Assembly (NCBI GenBank): GCA_963743525.1
Contig: CAVUQH010000004.1
Span: 512,001-576,000 of the forward strand
Reading direction: 5' to 3'
Length of the DNA stretch: 64,000 nt
Source of the DNA: an uncultured delta proteobacterium
GTDB lineage: Bacteria > Myxococcota_A > Polyangia > Haliangiales > Haliangiaceae
Shown: one piece after another, positions 55,430 through 63,500 of the stretch
Position numbering within the stretch: position 1 is the stretch's first letter
How the letters are laid out: each line of letters starts with the position of its first letter
The notes under the pieces: model-generated
Told to the model about the DNA's origin: nothing
The model's database searches: none
The model's input: only the letters and a program-made list of their open reading frames with translations
Position numbers and translations under genes: made by a program

Positions 55430-57439
55430 TCAGTCCAGGTCGTCCGCGTCGTCGCGCATCGCCTTGCACACGCGGTAGAGGTGATTGCCGACGTGCTCGT
55501 AGGCGTCGATGAGCTCGGCCAAACCGAGCCGTACCGAGGTCGACTCGCCCCGGCGCGGGGCGGCGACCGAGGTCACTCGCGCCTCGGCCTCGAGCACGTT
55601 CATGCGGATCTCGCGCTCCCCCGCGGCCTCGAGGTCGGGGGCGCCGCCGCCGTTGATCGCCTCCATCGCGGCGGCGAACGAGCCCTGGGCGAGGTCGTGC
55701 ATCTCGCGCAGGTGGGTCAGCTCGTCGGCGGACAGGCGCACGCCGCGCTCGACGCCGAGCTCGGTGACGTTGAGCAGATGCTCGAGCGCTCGCTGGAGCT
55801 GAAGGGTCGCGACCACCGTCCACTTGACCCGCTCCACCTGGGGCGTCTCCTCGGCAGCGCCGACCGCGACGTACTGCTGCTCGATCGCGCGGCGACCGTC
55901 GGCGAGGGCGGCCTCGACCGCCGGGCCCGGGCCGCGCTCGCCGGTCTGCGACATCTCGAACGCGCCCTCGAGCGCGGCGCGCTGCCGGTCGAACACCTCC
56001 GCGAGCTCGCGCTCGGCGCTCATCACGATCACCGCGGGCGGGGCCGCCGGCGGCGGCGCCACCCTCGCGCGCCGCCCCGCGAGGTGGGTCACGATCGGCA
56101 GCGCGCCCATCCACATCGCGACCATCGCCAGCTCGGACATCGCGAACGCCGCGGACAAATGCCTCGACACGTGGGGCAGGATCACGGTGTGGCCGTAGCT
56201 CAAGGTGTTGGGGTCGCCGAGCGGCAGGAGCCCGGCCAGCGTCTGCCACACCGGAATCGTCACCAGCGCCATCGCCGTCGCGAACGCGCCGAACGCGAGC
56301 TGCGGCCGAACCAGCGGTCGCGCGTGCGGGCCGGCCTGCCACGCGATCAGCGCCATTCCGACCGACGCGCCCAGATTGGCGCCAGCCAGCATGGCCAGCG
56401 CGTTGCTCAGCGGCAGGACCCCGGTGGTCTGAGCCAGGCCGACGACCAGGCCGTAAACCGACGCGGGCCCGAGCAGAACCAGCGCCAGCAGCGCGCCGGC
56501 CGCCGCGCAGGTCAGCTCGGCGATCGGCCCGCTGGCGCGGAAGTAGCTGACGTACGGCAGGATCGTCGGGTCGCCGACCAGCGGCTCGATCCCGGTCTGC
56601 AGCAGGCGCAGGCCGTAGAGCATCAGGCCGGCGCTCAGCACCAGGCGGGCGAAGGCCGCGCCCCGCCGGCTGACCGCGAGCCGGATCCACAGGACACCGA
56701 TCGCGATCACCAGCAGGCTCTGCTGGGTCAAGGCGACCGGCAGGAGCGCGCCGGTGATCGACGCGCCGAGGACGGCGCCGACCATGACCGGTATCGCCGC
56801 GGAGATCGTCATCAGTCGGGCCTCGACCAGGCCGACGGTGAACGCCGCCGCCGAGGTCGTGAGCTGGGTGATCGCGCCGACGCCGACGCCGAGCCCGACC
56901 GACGGCAGCGGCGAGCGCGTGACCTGACCGAGCAGCCGGCGCAGGCGGTGGCCGGCGAGGCCGCGCAGGGCCTGGCCGAGCAGGCCGAGGCCGAACACGA
57001 ACAGAGCGAGCCCGCCGGTCAGTCGGATGACCGACTGGCGGTTGCGGATGCGGACCTGGAGGTCGCGCGACTTACTGCGGCGGTGGCCCTGGAGCAGGCG
57101 CAGGCCGGCCTTGCCCGGCGGCGCGTCGTGCGGGATGCGGACGACCACGGTGCGGTCGCGGTGGGCGACGACCTCGGCCGGCTCGCCGCCGACGTGGACG
57201 ACCAGAGGGATCCCCGGATCGGCCCCGACGTACTGGACGACGATCGCGTCACCGGGGCTGACCTCGGCACTGCTGATCGAGACGATGCGGAGCCGCGATG
57301 ACGAGGCGGCCTCGGTGGTCGGCTCCGGCGCCTGGGGCGTCCGCCCCGCCTTCCAATCGGAGGCCGCATAGGCGACGACCGCAATCGTGATCAGCCAACC
57401 GACGACGAGCCGCCAGCGGCCGCGCGGCCGTTCAGCCAT
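55430..57439 (-). CDS. Na/Pi-cotransporter-family protein with N-terminal IPT/TIG-like and C-terminal PhoU-like domains
   Basis: GGLALFVFG...LAGHRLRRLL, GANLG; IVSIS...PGDAI...VGGEPAEV...VVVRIP (IPT-like); YEHVGNH (PhoU-like). Confidence 0.82.
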   Translation of the reverse strand: MAERPRGRWRLVVGWLITIAVVAYAASDWKAGRTPQAPEPTTEAASSSRLRIVSISSAEVSPGDAIVVQYVGADPGIPLVVHVGGEPAEVVAHRDRTVVVRIPHDAPPGKAGLRLLQGHRRSKSRDLQVRIRNRQSVIRLTGGLALFVFGLGLLGQALRGLAGHRLRRLLGQVTRSPLPSVGLGVGVGAITQLTTSAAAFTVGLVEARLMTISAAIPVMVGAVLGASITGALLPVALTQQSLLVIAIGVLWIRLAVSRRGAAFARLVLSAGLMLYGLRLLQTGIEPLVGDPTILPYVSYFRASGPIAELTCAAAGALLALVLLGPASVYGLVVGLAQTTGVLPLSNALAMLAGANLGASVGMALIAWQAGPHARPLVRPQLAFGAFATAMALVTIPVWQTLAGLLPLGDPNTLSYGHTVILPHVSRHLSAAFAMSELAMVAMWMGALPIVTHLAGRRARVAPPPAAPPAVIVMSAERELAEVFDRQRAALEGAFEMSQTGERGPGPAVEAALADGRRAIEQQYVAVGAAEETPQVERVKWTVVATLQLQRALEHLLNVTELGVERGVRLSADELTHLREMHDLAQGSFAAAMEAINGGGAPDLEAAGEREIRMNVLEAEARVTSVAAPRRGESTSVRLGLAELIDAYEHVGNHLYRVCKAMRDDADDLD

Positions 57440-58274
57440 GAACGGCGTCCGATGCGGCCTCGAACTTGCTGAACGCCGCGGGGGCGATCCGGGCGGCCGC
57501 CAGGACCTCGGTCAGCCACCCCGGCGGCGTGCCGCGAGACTTGACCTCGAGCACCCGCCGGGCCTCGCTCGCCACCGGCGTGCCCAGGGTCGCGCGAACC
57601 AGCGCCCAGTCGCGGCTCCACAGGTCGGCCGGCGGCGCGAAGAACGCCAGCCCGGTGTCGATCGTCACGCGCAGCTCGCCGTCGTCGTCCTGCCACGCCG
57701 ACCGCCGGTAGTTGACCAGGCAGTCGGCGGCCAGCGGCTCGCCGCAGCCGGCGCACAGCTCGGCGACCGCCTCGAGCATCGCGCGCCCGTCGCGGCCGTA
57801 GCGGTCCTCCTGGATCCAGGTCATCTCCGGGGTAATCCGGCCCTCGGCGAAGAACGCCGGGACGTCGACCTTGGGGATGCCAATCCGGCGCTTGCCGGTG
57901 TGGTCGCCGTCGCGGTGCTTGATCTCGAGCCACAGGATCGGCTGGAAGCGGACCAGCTGGCGCACGTCGGTCGCGGTCTCGGTCAGCGCGGGGTGGATGT
58001 CGTAGTACTCCTTGGCGCGCAGCTTGAGGTGGGCGTCGGTCGACGCCCGAGCGCCGCGGTACAGCGCCCGCCTCGCGGTGTCGAAGTAGATCGTCGTGAC
58101 GAAGTGGTGCGCGCTGGGCAGGGTGTTGGCGCCGTCGCCGCGGTAGCGGTGCGACGTCAGGTGGCGGTTGGCGTGCGACGCCACCACCCGCGCCTGCTCC
58201 AGCGTGATCAGGTGCTTGGTCTCCCGGCGATCCGCGGTCATGCGGGCGTCGAGCTGCTCGACCTTACTCGTCAC
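57432..58274 (-). CDS. VTC-domain (polyphosphate-polymerase/CYTH tunnel-fold) protein
   Basis: RRETKHLI, TTIYFDT, KLRAKEY, LEIKHR...KRR, YRRSAW, RVTID, LEVK, FSKF; GGAGG RBS before GTG 58274. Confidence 0.88.
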   Translation of the reverse strand: MTSKVEQLDARMTADRRETKHLITLEQARVVASHANRHLTSHRYRGDGANTLPSAHHFVTTIYFDTARRALYRGARASTDAHLKLRAKEYYDIHPALTETATDVRQLVRFQPILWLEIKHRDGDHTGKRRIGIPKVDVPAFFAEGRITPEMTWIQEDRYGRDGRAMLEAVAELCAGCGEPLAADCLVNYRRSAWQDDDGELRVTIDTGLAFFAPPADLWSRDWALVRATLGTPVASEARRVLEVKSRGTPPGWLTEVLAAARIAPAAFSKFEAASDAVHG

Positions 58275-58328
58275 GCGTGTCCTCCCTCGCATCGAATGAG
58301 TCCCCTCGGCCCGTGCATCCCCCTACCC

Positions 58329-59045
58329 TCACGGCGTGTACGACATCAGCTCCTCGTCCTGACCGCCGCCAATCTCCTTGACCTTGCCGATGCCCTGGAC
58401 GAACCAGAAGTCCTTGCTCTTGCCATTGGTCGGGTTGGTCCGGACCAGGTGAAGGGCGGTATACGTCCCGGCCGGCACCGTCACCGACTCGGCGGTCGCC
58501 ACCACCTGCCAGTTCTCGGTCTTCGCGTTGGTCTTGGTCCCGTTGACGTCGGTCGTGGTCTCGTCGAAGTTCTCCGAGTAGGTCGCGTTGGCGACCAGGT
58601 GGCTCGGGCTCTCGTCGATCTTGAGCCGGTAGGGGTTCTCCGACTGGGTGTCGACCGTCGCTCCGTTGAGATCGAGGTCGGTCTGGGCGTAGCGGACGGC
58701 AAGGTCGCCCTCGTAGGTCTCGTACGCGATCGTGACCCCGTTCAGCTTCTCGATCCGGACCCGGTAGGCGAAGGTGCCGGCGTGCGTGCCGCCGACGTCC
58801 TCGAAGGCCTCGACCGTCGACTTCTTGACCGCGCTGGTGCTGGTCGTGGTGTCGGTCATCTTGTAGGTCCACACGCTGCCGACCACGCGCGGCTCGTAGC
58901 GATCGTTCAGGACCGGTCCGTCGGCCGGGGGCGCCGCGGCGTCGATCGATCCCGGTGCGCCGTCGGGGCCGCTGCTGGACGTGGAGCCACCGCACGCCGC
59001 AAGGGCGAGCGTGGCCAGGGACAGGGTGATAAGGCTAAGTCGCAT
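58329..59045 (-). CDS. Beta-rich lipoprotein with VTVPAGT motif
   Basis: LAAC lipobox; VGSVWTY, ESVTVPAGTY, WFVQGIGKVKE. Confidence 0.82.
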   Translation of the reverse strand: MRLSLITLSLATLALAACGGSTSSSGPDGAPGSIDAAAPPADGPVLNDRYEPRVVGSVWTYKMTDTTTSTSAVKKSTVEAFEDVGGTHAGTFAYRVRIEKLNGVTIAYETYEGDLAVRYAQTDLDLNGATVDTQSENPYRLKIDESPSHLVANATYSENFDETTTDVNGTKTNAKTENWQVVATAESVTVPAGTYTALHLVRTNPTNGKSKDFWFVQGIGKVKEIGGGQDEELMSYTP

Positions 59046-59063
59046 CGTCGTTTCTCCTCGGGT

Positions 59064-60269
59064 TTAGAGCCGCGCACCAAACTGAATGAGCGCCGTGGTC
59101 GAGTTGGTCGGGGCGACGCCGTAGACCGCGATCCCGACCGGCGCGTTGCCGCCCATGCGCCAGATCTCGAGCTCGGCCTGGAGCTGCCACCGGTCCCACG
59201 CGCCGACGCCGACGCCGCCGGTGAGCTCGCGAACCAGGTCGCGACCGACGCTGGTGTCGGGGTCGACCGCGCCGGCGAGAACGTAAGGCTCGACGTAGCG
59301 CCGGCCTTTCTTGGCGCCGCCGAACCGGACCGCGCCAATCGCGCGCCCCGACACGAACCGCGCCGACGTCTGCATCGGGTCGGCGACCAGCCACGACGTC
59401 CCGGTCACGGCCTCGACCCAGCCGCGGACGCGAGCGGCGCCGAGCTCGAGCTCTGCGGTCGCATCGACCTCGGCGGCCCACTGCCGGCGGATCGTCGCCG
59501 GCAGGACCAGCAGCTCGCCGGCTCGCGACTCGAAGGCGGCGCCGAGCTCGAGGCCGTGGACCGGACGAACCGAGGCCCGGGCGACCGCGTCCTGGCCGTA
59601 GCGATCGCCGGCGGTCGCGGACAGCGGATTGCCGGCGTCGTCGGTACCCTGGAAGACGCCGGCGCGGAGCTCGGGTCGCCACGGCGCCTTCAGCCGGACC
59701 ACCAGGTTGGCGCCGACCGCGCGCCCCGCCAGCTGCATGCGGTTGACGAACACGTTGTCGATCAGGCCGCGGTCGGCCATCGGCAGGGTCCAGATCGACT
59801 CCTGCTGGATCGCGGAGAACGGCATCTTGAAGTTGCCGGCGCGGACGTCGACCCGGGCGGGGCCGTCGGCGAGGCGGAGCTGGACGTAGGCGTTCTTGAG
59901 CTTGGCGCGGGCGTGGAGCTCGACCTCGAGCTTGGTCCGCACCTGGTGCCAGCGGTACTCCGCCTCGAGCCGCGCGCTCTGGATCGCCGTCTCGGCGGCG
60001 AAGCTCGGGTCGTCGCCTTCCTTTGACAAGGCGCCGCGGACGTAGACGCGACCGCCGAGCTCGATCGTCGAGCCGTGTGTCGCCGCGGCAATCGTCTTCG
60101 TCTTCGGCGGCCCTGCCGGGGCCGCCGTCGTTGACGCCGCTGCCCCGTCAGGTACATTCGTGGGTGCGGTGTCGGTTGATGTCGCAGTGCCCGAAGAGGA
60201 AGGCGTCGCGCTCGCGGTCAGGGGTGCGACCAGCGACAGCACGACGATCGACACGATCTTGTTGCTCAA
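59064..60269 (-). CDS. Phosphate-selective porin O/P-family outer-membrane protein
   Basis: Signal peptide MSNKIVSIVVLSLVAPLTASA (TTG 60269); SARLE, KNAYV, AGNFKMPFS...ES...LPMADR, GRAVG, AGVFQG. Confidence 0.78.
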   Translation of the reverse strand: MSNKIVSIVVLSLVAPLTASATPSSSGTATSTDTAPTNVPDGAAASTTAAPAGPPKTKTIAAATHGSTIELGGRVYVRGALSKEGDDPSFAAETAIQSARLEAEYRWHQVRTKLEVELHARAKLKNAYVQLRLADGPARVDVRAGNFKMPFSAIQQESIWTLPMADRGLIDNVFVNRMQLAGRAVGANLVVRLKAPWRPELRAGVFQGTDDAGNPLSATAGDRYGQDAVARASVRPVHGLELGAAFESRAGELLVLPATIRRQWAAEVDATAELELGAARVRGWVEAVTGTSWLVADPMQTSARFVSGRAIGAVRFGGAKKGRRYVEPYVLAGAVDPDTSVGRDLVRELTGGVGVGAWDRWQLQAELEIWRMGGNAPVGIAVYGVAPTNSTTALIQFGARL

Positions 60270-60285
60270 CAGAAACGGAACAGTA

Positions 60286-60302
60286 AGCAAGTCGTGATCC
60301 AG
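60286..60302 (-). promoter_or_regulatory. Sigma54 (-24/-12) promoter of the porin-VTC operon
   Basis: Minus strand CTGG-ATCACGACTT-GCT, i.e. GG-N10-GC with TTGCT, 16 nt upstream of the porin start. Confidence 0.62.
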
Positions 60303-60361
60303 CGATGCGTGGCGCCCAACCCAACAAAAAGGCTAAAAAATGCCGACGGCGCGCGATCCGC

Positions 60362-60410
60362 TGCACCGGCCGTGCACATCTGCCGGATCCATGCACAGTG
60401 CGCACAGTGC
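60362..60410. promoter_or_regulatory. Candidate enhancer (bEBP binding) sites
   Basis: TGCAC-CGGCC-GTGCA inverted repeat (60362-60376) and tandem GCACAGTGC x2 (60393-60410), separated from the -24/-12 element by A-tracts. Confidence 0.45.
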
Positions 60411-60516
60411 GAGCGGGAACCACGGCGTCCCGGTCGGCGTCGGTGTCGGTATGTGGGCTGTGCGAGATCTCACCCATCACGCACTTCCGCAACTACGGCA
60501 GGGCTACAATGGTCCG

Positions 60517-63500
60517 GTGGGCGACTCGCAGCCGAGCGCTGATCGAGATCTGCGCGACGATCTCACCGGACCGGGTCGGTTCGAGATCCTGCGCCGCCTC
60601 GGTTCCGGGGGCATGGGTGTGGTCTACGAGGCCCACGACCGCGAGCGCGATCTGCGGGTCGCGCTGAAGACCTTGAAGCGGGTCAACGCCGCCTCCATCT
60701 ACCGCTTCAAGCGCGAGTTTCGCTCCCTCGCCGACGTCAGCCATCCCAACCTGGTAACGCTATACGAGCTGATCGGCATCGCCGACCGCTGGTTCTTCAC
60801 CATGGAGCTGATCGATGGCGTCGATCTGCTGTCGTACGTGCGTCGACACCCGACGGTCGACTCCGAGGTCCGCGAGGACAGCACGGCCTCTCTCGCGGCA
60901 CGCCGGCTCGCCTCCAGCCCCGGCGGCGACGAGACATCACCGACGAACGTCGGCACATCCTCCTCGCCGAGTCGCCAGCGAATCGTCCCGCCCGCCGACT
61001 CGGCCATCGTCTGGCGGATCTTGCCTCAGCTGGGAGAAGCGCTGAACGCACTGCACCGCACCGGGCACCTGCACCGGGACATCAAGCCGTCCAATATCCT
61101 CGTCACCCCGGACGATCGACTGGTCCTGCTCGACTTCGGTGTCATCACCGAGCTCGCCGGGCACCGTCACAACGTGCTGGGCGAAGGATTCGTCGGCACC
61201 CCAGCGTACGCCGCCCCGGAGCAGGCGGCGGATCCATGGGTGCCATCGCCCGCCAGTGACTGGTACAGCGTCGGCGCGATCCTCTACGAGGCGCTCGCCG
61301 GGCGGCGGCCCCACAGCGGCAGCGCCGAAGCGATGCTCGAGGCCAAATGCAGCCGCGACCCGGTTCCGCTGCACGTGCACAATCCCGACGTCGACGAGTC
61401 GCTGGCCGAGCTGTGCATGAGCTTGCTCAGCCGTGATCCGTCCGCCCGTCCGACCGGCGAGCAGATCGTGGCCCGGTTGCGCGCACGGCAGCCGTCACCC
61501 GAGCCGGGACGCCGACGAGAGCGGACCAGCACAGCGGCCGAATTGGCCCTGGTCGGGCGCGACCGCCAGCTGGGCGAGCTCGATCGAGCGTTCGAGCTCG
61601 TCCGCGGCGGCAGCGGCGCAGCGGTCCACGTGCAGGGGCGGTCCGGCATGGGCAAGACCGCGCTGGTGCAGCACTTCCTCGCTGACATCGCCGACCGCGG
61701 CGATGCCCTGGTGCTGTCTGGCCGCTGCTACGAGCGCGAGTCGGTGCCATACCAGGCGCTCGACAGCCTGGTCGATGCATTGTGTCGCTACCTGCTCGAT
61801 CTGCCGCGTGCGCGGGCCGATGCGCTGATGCCACTCGACGTTCGCCATCTCGCGCGCGCCTTTCCGGTGTTGCGCCGCGTGGAGGCGATCGCCCGCGCCC
61901 AACGACGCTCGGTCAACGAGGAGACCGAGCCGCTGGAAGCCCGCCGCCGGGTATTTGGCGCCCTGCGCGAGCTGTTGGCCCGGCTCGCCGAGCAGCGACC
62001 GCTGGTGCTGTTCATCGACGACCTGCAGTGGGGCGACGTCGACAGCGCGCAGTTCCTCGCACGGCTGATGCGCCCCCCGGTTCCACCGCTGTTGTTCGTG
62101 GTGACCTATCGCAGCGAAGAGTTGTCGTCGAGCGCGGCGCTCGAGATCGTGCGCGCGGCCGCCGAGACCGACGAGGCCAGGACGCGCTTCATCGACATCA
62201 CGATCGGCCGCCTGCCGCTGGCCGATGCCCGCGAGCTGGCGACCGAGCTGCTCAGAGAGGCCGGTGCGCCAGTCGACGCCGCCGAGCACATCGCTCGCGA
62301 ATCTCACGGCAACCCCTTCTTCGTGCACGAGTTCGCTCGCTACGTCAGCTCGCACGGGACCGGCGGCCGCGCGGAAGATCTCGACCTGGCAGAGGTGATC
62401 ATGGCGCGCATCGGCGCGCTGTCCGACGACGCGCGCCGGCTGATGAAGACGATCGCGGTCGCGGGCCGGCCACTGATGCAGGGACTTGCCAGTCGGGCAG
62501 CCGGCATCGGTGACGGCCTGCCGCGCGCCCTGGCGGAGCTTCGCTCGGCCCATCTGGTGCGAACCACCGGGGCGCGCGCTTACGACACGGTCGAGTGCTA
62601 TCACGATCGCATCCGCGAGACCGTCCTGGGTCGGCTGGCCGACGACGAGCTGCGCACGATCCACCTCGATGTTGCCCGCGGTCTGGCCTCGTCGGCGCAA
62701 CCGGACATCGAGCTCATGGCGCTGCACTACGCCGCCGCCGGCGAGCGCCTGGTCGCGTTCGACTACGCCGTTTCCGCCGCCGAGACCGCGGCCAAAGCGC
62801 TGGCGTTCGAACGCGCGGCGGCACTGTTTCGGCTGGCGGTCGAGCTCGAGCCCGACGACAACCCCGATCGCGGGCTGCTGCGCAGCCAGCTCGGCGACGC
62901 GCTGGTCAACTCCGGCCGCGGGGTCGAGGCGGCCGAGGCGTTCCTCGCTGCGGTGCCCGACGTCGATCCGCAGACCGGCCTGGATCTGCAGGTTCGCGCC
63001 GGCAGCGAGCTCCTGCGCAGCGGTCGACTCGCCGAAGGCCTGGACGTCCTCGCGCCCGCCCTCGCCGGCGCCGGCGCCAACCTGGCCTCTTCGCCGCGCC
63101 GCGCGCTGTGGTCGCTGCTGCTCGGCCGCCTGCGCACCCGGCTGCGCGGCCTCCATTTCCGCCCGCGCAGTCCCGCCGAAATCCCACAGGCGCAGCTCAC
63201 CCGCATCGATGCGTTCGCCGGTGCCTCCGGACCTCTCGGCATGGCCGACAACCTCCGCGGCGCCGACGTGCAGACCCGCCACCTGCTCGCCGCGTTGCGC
63301 GCCGGCGAGCCGACCCGGGTGGGGCGCGCTCTGGTCTACGAATCCGCGCTGTCAACGCTCGGTGGTCCGCGCACCCGGCGGCGCACCAATCGACTCCTGG
63401 GGATGGTCGACGAGATCGCCAGCGACACCGGAGATCCGCGGCTGTCCGGCCAGCACAAGGCGATGTCGGCGCTCGCCGCCTATCAGTGCGGCGAATGGAC

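Noticed and set aside
53748..56690. 980-aa and 937-aa ORFs implying larger Tmk or ABC fusions
   Set aside because: The N-terminal extensions are off-frame readings of the upstream genes; real starts are at 55418 and 53751.
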